A stretch of DNA of 64,000 nucleotides from contig MEOQ01000015.1 of the NCBI GenBank assembly GCA_001769275.1, positions 8,659 to 72,658 of the forward strand, read 5' to 3'. Below are positions 18,824-26,949 of the stretch, piece after piece. The translations under genes and the position numbers were made by a program. Each line of letters begins with the position of its first letter. Position 1 is the first letter of the stretch. The stretch comes from Bacteroidetes bacterium GWF2_43_63. Lineage in GTDB: Bacteria > Bacteroidota > Bacteroidia > Bacteroidales > DTU049. The notes beneath the pieces are model-generated. The model saw only the letters and a program-made list of their open reading frames with translations. It was not told the origin of the DNA and searched no databases.

Positions 18824-19632
18824 GAATCATTTTTTTTTGGATTTGGGGCAAAAGTAATATTTAATAAGCAAACCGATGGTTTCTGGATGTGTTTGCTCAT
18901 GTGAAATCACGCTCTATCTGACCAACAATAATCAGGAAATAGAATATTACTACAGCAATCTGCGTTTGCAACATATTGAAAATCCTCAAAACCCGAAGAT
19001 GAATCTCTATTACGAATACGCATCCCTGCACCATCCAAAACATCCATCCCAAACAAAAAATTCTGTAGCTTTACGAAGTGAAAATAATGCGGAATACAAA
19101 ATGCTTTGGGGTGCGGGCTGATATGTCCGCTGTCTCCTTCGAGGGAGATTCCGCCGCTGTCCGACATTTCGACGGAGTTTATCCCGCAATTTTGCACTTC
19201 GACTCCGCTCAGTGTGACAATGGCGGGGCTCAATGTGACAGCGGCGAAGCTGATCAGGCCGGCTTCAGCTGTTACTCTGAGCCCGACAACTGTCATCCTG
19301 AGCGGAGTCGAAGGATAGACAGCTCTTTGTCAGTATCATCATTTTCCGGAATTTCACCTCGCTTTAAGAGATATCCTGCAATCGGCTTCCGATCTGACTT
19401 TGGTGGTAAGGCCAGCATTTCTTCCCGCTGCCAACATGCGCGCGCATTCACATACATTTATGTCAAACAGCACCCGGCGATGGAAGCCCCGAAGCGACCA
19501 GCCCCGCACGACCTCTCTGCATCGCAGAGCGAAGCGGCGCGATCTGTCACGATAGCTATCGTGAGCGTCGTGCCTGAGAAAGATGCCTCCGGCGCGCGCA
19601 CATGAGAACCGGGCAGTTTTCCATCAAATAAT

Positions 19633-19640
19633 TATCTTTG
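19633..19640 (+). promoter_or_regulatory. Possible -7 box (TAnnTTTG) for the RhuM-like gene
   Basis: tatctttg lies 19 nt upstream of the preferred ATG at 19659. Confidence 0.3.
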
Positions 19641-19658
19641 CAAGAGTACCAATTAATA

Positions 19659-20519
19659 ATGAAAAACGAAATCATCATATACCACAACGAAGATTCTTCA
19701 ACCAAGATTGAAGTGAGGCTTGAGGATGAAACGGTATGGTTGACAATTGAGCAAATAAGTGCATTATTTGGGAGAGACAGAACGGTAATAAACAGACACA
19801 TTAATAATATATTTAAAGAGGGTGAACTAGGTCGCGAAATGGTGTGTGCATTTTTTGCACTAACCACTCAACACGGCGCCATTAAAGGAAAAACACAGAT
19901 TAAAAATGTTGAGCATTTTAACCTCGATGTAATTATTTCCGTTGGATATCGCGTTAAATCTAAGCGAGGCACACAATTCCGAATCTGGGCAAACAAAGTT
20001 TTAAAAGACTATTTGTTGAAAGGATATGCTGTAAACAATAGATTTGAACGTTTGGAAAGTGAGGTCAATCAAATTAAAAGCAAACTCTCTGATATTGATT
20101 TCAAAATTTCGACAAACCTCCCACCCAACGAAGGAATATTTTACGAAGGACAAGTTTTTGATGCCTATGTTTTGGCTTGCGATATTGTTAAAACTGCAAA
20201 AAAATCAATTATTCTGATTGATAATTACATTGACGAAAGCGTTTTAAACTTGCTAACGAAAAGGCAAAGCGGGGTTAGTGCAACAATTTTTACAAAATCA
20301 ATTTCAAAACAGCTCGAACTCGACATTAAAAAGCATAATCAACAATATCCGGCAATAGAAGTAAAAGTATTTACAAAATCTCACGATCGTTTTTTAATTA
20401 TTGATAACGAAATAGTTTATCATATTGGGGCATCCTTAAAAGATTTGGGTAAGAACTGGGTTGCTTTTTCAAAAATGAATCTTGAAAGTTTTGAAATGAT
20501 AAATAAACTTGAGCTGTAA
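19659..20519 (+). CDS. RhuM-family (virulence-associated / DNA-binding-like) protein
   Basis: The N-terminus MKNEIIIYHNEDSSTKIEVRLEDETVWLTIEQISALFGRDRTVINRHINNIFKEGEL is characteristic of RhuM. I prefer the ATG at 19659 over 19638 because of the -7 box. Confidence 0.75.
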   Translation: MKNEIIIYHNEDSSTKIEVRLEDETVWLTIEQISALFGRDRTVINRHINNIFKEGELGREMVCAFFALTTQHGAIKGKTQIKNVEHFNLDVIISVGYRVKSKRGTQFRIWANKVLKDYLLKGYAVNNRFERLESEVNQIKSKLSDIDFKISTNLPPNEGIFYEGQVFDAYVLACDIVKTAKKSIILIDNYIDESVLNLLTKRQSGVSATIFTKSISKQLELDIKKHNQQYPAIEVKVFTKSHDRFLIIDNEIVYHIGASLKDLGKNWVAFSKMNLESFEMINKLEL

Positions 20520-21440
20520 ATGCGAAACGAAACTGGCAATATCGTTTTTTATGTGTATGATGAGTTTCATTATAGCGTATACACCTCCAGCTCCTTCATC
20601 ACCAATGCCACCGGCTATGCCACCGAGCACCTGCAGTATCTGCCCTATGGCGAACTGTTTGTTGACCAGACTCCGCCCCACAACGACTTTGAAACCCGCT
20701 ACAAATTCTCGGGAAAGGAGCTTGATCCGGAAACGAATTATTCATATTTTGGCGCAAGATATTATGACTCGGATTTGAGCGTGTGGCTGAGTGTGGATCC
20801 ATTATCAGATAAGTATCCGAATACTTCGCCATTCATGTATTGTCTTGGTAATCCAGTTGTTCTTATCGATCCAAATGGGATGGATACTGCTTTTGCGGAT
20901 AATCAGGTCAGAACTGACTTTCAAACAGCCCAAAGTTCAGTAAATAAAACGATTTCAGATATTTCCACAAAACTTAAAGACCCGGAAATTTCAAAAAGAA
21001 AAACAGCACAATTAGAGGAACAATTATCTGAATGGAACAAAATAAAAGATGATTTTGATTATATTTGCTCTAAAAGCACGCCAATGAATACTTATAGTTC
21101 TGACATGACTGGGTTTAGGTCTGAAGTAGTAGGCCATACAGAAACAAAATATAACGAAGAGACAAATGAAATTACATCAAATAAAGTGTATATTAGAGCA
21201 GGTCGAGTTTCAACGGTAATTCATGAAAACAGACACACACGACAAAGCCCATTATTACCTTTATGTGACAGGGAAATTGAAGCCTTTACCTATCAAAGCA
21301 TTTTTTCCCCATCTGATGTGAAGAAAAGCATCGATAATGCAAGAAGTGTAAAATATCCTCCGGGTGGTGCAATCGACCCTGCACTTATGCCGAAGTGGGG
21401 GATAATAGAAATGGTTAAAGATGTATATAAATGTGAATAA
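20520..21440 (+). CDS. Orphan Rhs/YD-repeat C-terminal fragment: core end plus a variable toxin domain containing HExxH
   Basis: Rhs core end is LQYLPYGELF...YKFSGKELDPETNYSYFGARYYDSDLSVWLSVDPLSDKYP...NPVVLIDPNGM, followed by a ~190-aa unrelated tail containing HENRH. The large N-terminal Rhs body is absent. Confidence 0.8.
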   Translation: MRNETGNIVFYVYDEFHYSVYTSSSFITNATGYATEHLQYLPYGELFVDQTPPHNDFETRYKFSGKELDPETNYSYFGARYYDSDLSVWLSVDPLSDKYPNTSPFMYCLGNPVVLIDPNGMDTAFADNQVRTDFQTAQSSVNKTISDISTKLKDPEISKRKTAQLEEQLSEWNKIKDDFDYICSKSTPMNTYSSDMTGFRSEVVGHTETKYNEETNEITSNKVYIRAGRVSTVIHENRHTRQSPLLPLCDREIEAFTYQSIFSPSDVKKSIDNARSVKYPPGGAIDPALMPKWGIIEMVKDVYKCE

Positions 21441-21454
21441 ATAAACTAAATGCA

Positions 21455-21940
21455 ATGAAAAAGAACAAGATTATAATTGTTGGACTTTTATTTGTTTTAT
21501 TTCTGAATAACAGTGCATGCAAAAGTCAAACAAAATGGTTTGAAAAAGACTTTATTAGAATTGAAATTGACAACGGGGCATTTCATTCAATAAAGTTATT
21601 AGAAGAAGGGTTGTTGTGTAAAACTGTAGATACAAATTTCGTTTCATTTGTGGAGTTTTTTCCAAATTCAGACCTTGATTTTAGTAAAATCGGAAAATTG
21701 GAAGAGTACTTGAATAGCGAACCTTTGTTCAATAAGAATGCTACTATTGATGACCCTTCTCTTGTAACTAGTGGTGGAAATTATGGGGGGCTGGAAATAT
21801 CAATAATTAGGAATAGTAACTTGTATGCTATTTATTGGATTGATGGCGACTGTGAATATCTTGAAAAGTGTTTAGCCCTTTTAAATGACATAATTCCGAC
21901 AGATAAAAGAGATATGTTCTCTATTCTTTTTAAACATTAG
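21455..21940 (+). CDS. Putative cognate immunity protein (signal peptide, possible lipoprotein)
   Basis: 161-aa ORF starting 14 nt after the toxin ORF. The N-terminus is MKKNKIIIVGLLFVLFLNNSAC. This assignment rests on position only. Confidence 0.4.
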   Translation: MKKNKIIIVGLLFVLFLNNSACKSQTKWFEKDFIRIEIDNGAFHSIKLLEEGLLCKTVDTNFVSFVEFFPNSDLDFSKIGKLEEYLNSEPLFNKNATIDDPSLVTSGGNYGGLEISIIRNSNLYAIYWIDGDCEYLEKCLALLNDIIPTDKRDMFSILFKH

Positions 21941-22533
21941 CATTGCACCACTGCATTGCACCATCCAAGACAAATCCTTGATAGCAATCCCAATATTGGT
22001 AAAACACAGAATATCAACAAGATACATCAAAGCCGGCCACAGCGCCGGCTTTATACATATTGGGGTATCAAATGAACAGAATTCTGATCATTTCTGAATG
22101 AGATCCAAAATAGTCATTACTTTTTTGTGGGAATTTTATTTCATTCTGTCTAAAGACCTATCATTCCGGCTTCCGTTGGCAGTCGGTGCAATTGGAATTC
22201 AGGTTTTCTGAGATTCGGGTCGTGGCAGCTATTCTGATTTGATCGGTTAGAAAAATGGATTCTGTGTTTTCGTTCATAAGCGCTTCTATTGGGGTGAGAC
22301 CGATGAGTGAGCCATGTGCTGATTTTACAGGTTTTCCCAACGCCAGAATGTCACCTCCGGCGACGATTCCGGGATGGAAAAACGCGCGTTCAGAGCAGGG
22401 TTAGCATTTGCATAAAAAGTTTCTTGAGAATAGTCGTAACTCAAATATTCTGAAAATGCATGCTCAACGCACGTCTGGCTGGCTGGCGCGGATTTACATT
22501 ACTAGGCTTAATCTTGTTCTCAGCCTTGTACTT

Positions 22534-22592
22534 TGTAACGATTGTAACGATTGTAACGACTGTAACGTTTGTAACGTTTGTAACGCGTAACG
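22534..22592. repeat. Tandem 9-bp repeat TGTAACGNN x6.5
   Basis: tgtaacgat x2, tgtaacgac, tgtaacgtt x2, tgtaacgcg, then taacg. It ends 4 nt from the stop codon (22597-22599) of the minus-strand gene. Confidence 0.95.
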
Positions 22593-22596
22593 AAAA

Positions 22597-23406
22597 TCAC
22601 TTCTGCATTGGTTCTAAAACCTCAGCATTATTAATGTTTTGAAAGAATTCATGATTCATTTCCGGAGCTTTACTCTCCATAAAATTCAACATCCAGTTGT
22701 ATTTCTTTTTCAGAATTCGATCAGTCGCAATCCATTCATTCAACAGAGTCCAGGTTCGTTCTGTAAAAAACCAGCAATAGGTTTCAGCCCGGTCTTCTTC
22801 TTCGCCATACATGGCATAATTGGTTATAAATCCAAGTTTGGAGTGTTCTCCATCAATATATTCGCCATCGGTGTAAGCGTCGCTCCCGCCATTACCATAT
22901 TGAAATCCGGAACGATTAAATGCCTGCCAGGTTGAGCTTCGGTGATACATGGATCCAAAATGCTGCTCTTCTATCATATGCCAGAACTCGTGGTGGATCA
23001 TTTCCCGGACATATTGTTTCCCATAAACCATGTATTCAATGTCGTAATACAAGGTTTCGTCGTATGGATCTGGCATGGCAAATCTTTGCTGCTCAGTTAC
23101 AGTAAGGTTTTTCACAAAAGCAATTTTCTGCACACCGTTTACCTGAATCCAGGACAGGGGATACTTGTTCCATTCCTCAGCAAAAACCGTCATAAACTCA
23201 TCGAAAATCAATAAATCAGCTTGTTCCGGTGTAGTCCAATATGCCCATTGCAATGCATATTCACCGCCTTGAAAGCTGTCAGCGACCAAATCAAGACCGT
23301 ATTTGGCTTCAAGCTGCCTGAGGTCTTTGTTGTTTTCAAAATTGTTACCGGCATAGATGCTATGGGCAAGCAGCAGAAAACATAACCCGAAGAATAATTT
23401 ACGCAT
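22597..23406 (-). CDS. Secreted hypothetical protein with an HExxH motif (possible zinc metallopeptidase-like protein)
   Basis: Signal peptide MRKLFFGLCFLLLAHSIYA. The motif HHEFWH sits in REMIHHEFWHMIEEQ. Confidence 0.45.
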   Translation of the reverse strand: MRKLFFGLCFLLLAHSIYAGNNFENNKDLRQLEAKYGLDLVADSFQGGEYALQWAYWTTPEQADLLIFDEFMTVFAEEWNKYPLSWIQVNGVQKIAFVKNLTVTEQQRFAMPDPYDETLYYDIEYMVYGKQYVREMIHHEFWHMIEEQHFGSMYHRSSTWQAFNRSGFQYGNGGSDAYTDGEYIDGEHSKLGFITNYAMYGEEEDRAETYCWFFTERTWTLLNEWIATDRILKKKYNWMLNFMESKAPEMNHEFFQNINNAEVLEPMQK

Positions 23407-23580
23407 AAAATCTGATTCAAAAAAGGTTCGCCGAAATTACAAAATTCGTGCTCAATTTTGTTGTTGCGAATTTAACAATTCATTAAATTATTGTTGAAAA
23501 ACAGTGATATTATTTGATGTGAAAAAGCGAAATATCCATTTTTTAAATAAATGTAACACAGCGATATAAGCTTTGAATAT

Positions 23581-23620
23581 TTATACGAAAGTGTGATATT
23601 TCTATCACACTTTCGTATAA
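23581..23620. promoter_or_regulatory. Perfect 18-bp inverted repeat with a 4-nt spacer (candidate operator)
   Basis: ttatacgaaagtgtgata (23581-23598), tttc, tatcacactttcgtataa (23603-23620). It lies in the divergent intergenic region between 23406 and 23763. Confidence 0.5.
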
Positions 23621-23762
23621 AATAAAATGGAGAATTGTGCGAACTCCTAATACCAACATTCCATCCTTTAAATCTTTATTATCATTTTTTTTAGCATGAA
23701 TTCTGCGTCAGATTTGCATTTTTATAGGTGAGTTTTGTATCTTCGGCAATTAATTTTTCATC

Positions 23763-26700
23763 ATGTCAAAAGATTTTCATGTTATTCCTTTTGAACAGTT
23801 GCTCCAATTGACGCTGCAACAAATTGATAATGGTCATTTTATGGGAATTCCTGCTGGCACGTTTGCAGGCAAGCCCGATCCGCAGATTGGAATAAAGCGG
23901 TTTGGTCAGCAGCTTGATAGTCCCATAGGAGTTGCAGCAGGTCCACATTCGCAGCTTTCTCAGAATATTATTGCAGCCTGGCTCTGCGGTGCGCGCTATA
24001 TTGAGCTGAAAACGGTGCAGACCCTTGATGAGCTCAATGTCACCAAGCCTTGCATCGACATGCAGGATGAGGGCTACAATTGCGAGTGGTCGCAGGAGTT
24101 GAAACTACAACAATCGTTCGGTCAGTATCTGGATGCATGGATTCTTGTTCATTTATTGAATCATAAGTTGAATAATTGCACGGAAGCCGGTGCTGGTACT
24201 ATTTTCAATATGAGTGTCGGCTATAATATGGAAGGCATTCTGAAAGATAATGTTCAGTGGTTTTTCAGCAAGATGGAAAATTGCGAAGCTGAATTGAATG
24301 CAAAAATGGACATTGTCCGAAAGCACTATCCCGGTGCCGACCAATTGAATATTCCGGCGCGCATTTCCGATAACATCACGTTGAGTACTATGCACGGGTG
24401 TCCGTCCGATGAAATTGAAAAAATCGGATTGTATCTCATTCAGGAAAAGAAGCTGCATACGATAATTAAGCTTAATCCAACTTTACTGGGACCTGATATG
24501 CTGCGCTGGATACTGAACGGCAAACTTGGTTTTAATACCGTTGTTCCGGATGAAGCTTTTGGTCATGATCTCAAATATCAGGATGCGCTGTCTATCATCA
24601 GGAATTTGAAAGCCGCCGCGGAAGCCACTGGCGTTTTCTTCGGTTTAAAGCTGACCAATACGCTGGAAAGCATGAATACCCGCGGGGTTTTTCCTGAGAA
24701 TGAGAAGATGAATTACATGAGCGGACGTGCATTGCACCCGGTTTCGGTTCATTTGGCAGCCAAGCTGCAAGCGGAATTCGATGGAATGCTCGACGTTTCT
24801 TTTTCGGCCGGAGCCGATGCCTTTAATGTTGTTGATCTGCTTCGATGCGGTCTGGGACCAATAACAATGAGCTCCGATTTGTTGAAACCAGGCGGCTATG
24901 GCCGGCTGCAGCAATATATCAAACTCACACAGTCGGCTGTAAACCGCTCAAACACCGGTAGTTTGCAGGCATTTATTTGCCCTCCCGGCAAAATGAGAGC
25001 TGTGAAACTCAAAGATTATACGTCTGAAGTACTTGAAGACCCCGCCTATCGGAAAGCGATGCGTGGCCCTGAAATTAAAACATCGCGCAAACTGGGCATG
25101 TTCGACTGCATTCATGCGCCTTGTGTGAACACATGTCCCGACAATCAGAATATTCCACAGTATTTGTATCATGTTTCCAAAGGTGACTTTCAGAAGGCGT
25201 TTGAGGTCATCATGAAAACAAATCCGTTTCCTTCCGTTACCGGAGCTGTTTGCGATCATGCCTGCCAGACGCGGTGTACAAGAATCAATTACGATGAAAA
25301 CCTGGCGATTCGCGAGGTGAAACGCTGGGTTGCGGAAAAGCAGCTTGATGAAAATTTCATACAATCTCGTCCGAAAAATGGGATGAAAGCTGCTGTTATC
25401 GGCGCTGGACCTGCTGGAATGAGCTGTGCTTATTTTTTATTGCTGGCCGGATTCGAAGTGGATGTTTTCGAAGAAAAGCATTTTGGTGGCGGTATGGCTG
25501 CCGATGTGATTCCTGCATTTCGATTGAACAACGATGCCATTGAGAAAGATATTAAGCGTATCGAAAAGTTGGGTGTAAAGGTGCATTATGGCGTTAAGAT
25601 TGACAAAGCGGCATTCGATCAGTTTGTTAATGAAAAGCGTTTTATTTTTATTGCAACGGGAACCCCTGAGTCAAAGAAGATGGGCGTTAAAGGTGAAGAA
25701 TCGATTGGTGTTATTGACCCGCTCAAGTTTTTATCAGATTTGAAAAAGGGCACTGCCACTGTCCCCGGACGCAGAGTGCTTGTGGTTGGTGGCGGAAATA
25801 CAGCCATGGATGTGGCACGTGCTGTTAAGCGCATGCAGGGTGGAAACGGGACTGTCGTTGTGGTATATCGCCGCCGAATGTCGGATATGCCTGCCGAAGC
25901 CGAAGAAATTATGGCTGCGCGCGCAGAGAATATTGAATTTGCCTGTTTGAAGGCGCCTATTGAAATTGTAGTAGCTGGGGGAAAAGTTGGCGGACTTAAA
26001 GTGACCACCATGCGAACGGCTGGAATTGGCGCTGATGGCCGTGAAAAAGTTGACCCCGTTCAGGGCAGCGAAGAAATTCTGATAGCCGATACTATTTTCC
26101 CGGCTATCGGACAGAATGCAGTGCTTGATTTCATGGATTCTTCGTTGTTGAAAAAGAGCTATGATAATTACAGTACTTTAATTGACAGAGTTTATATTGG
26201 TGGCGATGTGCGCAAAGGCCCGGCCAGCATTATTGCAGCCATTGCCGATGGACGGCGGACTGCAGAAGCCATTATTGCACAAGCTGGTATTAATGCTACA
26301 GAAGATGATATCCAGAGCCGCGGATCAGATTTGAACGAGCTGATGCTTAGAAAATCAAAGCGTGAAAAATCCATACTTGATGCTGAGATGCCAGGATTGC
26401 CCGCAAAAATTATTAAAAGCAATCAGGAGTCCATGAAGGAAGCAGCACGTTGCCTTTTGTGTGACGAACTCTGCAATATCTGTGTGACAGTCTGTCCGAA
26501 TCTGGCGAATCAGTATTACGAAGCAACGCCATTTTCTTTTGTTTCGGGTGAGTTTAAATTTGAAATCACACAAAAAATTCAGACCTATAATATTGGTGAA
26601 TTCTGCAACGAATGCGGAAACTGTCGCACATTCTGTCCAACATCAGGTGCGCCATACATGGATAAACCAAGGATTTGGATCACGCGCGAAGCATTTGATA

Positions 26701-26930
26701 AAGCCGTTTCCGGTTATCACATTGTAACAGAAAATGGTAGTAAAACACTGCTGCATAAAACGGAGCAGGGCATAAGCAAACTCGTGCAGACCGCTGATGG
26801 ATTTGTTTTTGAAAAAGATTCAACGCAAATTCGTTTCGATGCGCAGTGGAATCTGATGTCTGAAATGCAACTGGATATTATTGCCGAAGCGCTTGAAATG
26901 CGGGTGCTAACAACCCTCGAAGGGTTTTGA
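23763..26930 (+). CDS. YgfK-like multidomain Fe-S flavoprotein (DHOD/DPD-like TIM barrel, GltD-like FAD/NAD(P) module, C-terminal 4Fe-4S dicluster)
   Basis: 1055 aa. The N-terminal DHOD/DPD-like region has GVAAGP, LSTMHGCP and KLNPT. The GltD-type Fe-S segment is CIHAPCVNTCP...CDHACQTRCTR. The dinucleotide fold is AAVIGAGPAGMSCAYFL and VLVVGGGNTAMD. The ferredoxin motifs are CLLCDELCNICVTVCP and CNECGNCRTFCP. Confidence 0.7.
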   Translation: MSKDFHVIPFEQLLQLTLQQIDNGHFMGIPAGTFAGKPDPQIGIKRFGQQLDSPIGVAAGPHSQLSQNIIAAWLCGARYIELKTVQTLDELNVTKPCIDMQDEGYNCEWSQELKLQQSFGQYLDAWILVHLLNHKLNNCTEAGAGTIFNMSVGYNMEGILKDNVQWFFSKMENCEAELNAKMDIVRKHYPGADQLNIPARISDNITLSTMHGCPSDEIEKIGLYLIQEKKLHTIIKLNPTLLGPDMLRWILNGKLGFNTVVPDEAFGHDLKYQDALSIIRNLKAAAEATGVFFGLKLTNTLESMNTRGVFPENEKMNYMSGRALHPVSVHLAAKLQAEFDGMLDVSFSAGADAFNVVDLLRCGLGPITMSSDLLKPGGYGRLQQYIKLTQSAVNRSNTGSLQAFICPPGKMRAVKLKDYTSEVLEDPAYRKAMRGPEIKTSRKLGMFDCIHAPCVNTCPDNQNIPQYLYHVSKGDFQKAFEVIMKTNPFPSVTGAVCDHACQTRCTRINYDENLAIREVKRWVAEKQLDENFIQSRPKNGMKAAVIGAGPAGMSCAYFLLLAGFEVDVFEEKHFGGGMAADVIPAFRLNNDAIEKDIKRIEKLGVKVHYGVKIDKAAFDQFVNEKRFIFIATGTPESKKMGVKGEESIGVIDPLKFLSDLKKGTATVPGRRVLVVGGGNTAMDVARAVKRMQGGNGTVVVVYRRRMSDMPAEAEEIMAARAENIEFACLKAPIEIVVAGGKVGGLKVTTMRTAGIGADGREKVDPVQGSEEILIADTIFPAIGQNAVLDFMDSSLLKKSYDNYSTLIDRVYIGGDVRKGPASIIAAIADGRRTAEAIIAQAGINATEDDIQSRGSDLNELMLRKSKREKSILDAEMPGLPAKIIKSNQESMKEAARCLLCDELCNICVTVCPNLANQYYEATPFSFVSGEFKFEITQKIQTYNIGEFCNECGNCRTFCPTSGAPYMDKPRIWITREAFDKAVSGYHIVTENGSKTLLHKTEQGISKLVQTADGFVFEKDSTQIRFDAQWNLMSEMQLDIIAEALEMRVLTTLEGF

Positions 26931-26944
26931 ACCCTTCGAGGGTT
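26912..26944. terminator. Bidirectional terminator-like hairpin between convergent genes
   Basis: 15-bp stem aaccctcgaagggtt (26912-26926) pairs with aacccttcgagggtt (26930-26944). The 5' arm encodes the last residues (LEGF) and the stop of the YgfK-like gene. Confidence 0.6.
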
Positions 26945-26949
26945 TGTGG

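Noticed and set aside
19078-19605. A 175-aa ORF and overlapping ORFs (18907-19296, 19106-19318) in the region upstream of the RhuM-like gene.
   Set aside because: The sequence consists of the dispersed GCTGTCAnnnTGAGC, CGGAGTCGAAGGA and other repeat modules seen in many intergenic regions in both orientations. The 'proteins' (for example CHPERSRRI) are translations of repeats, not genes.
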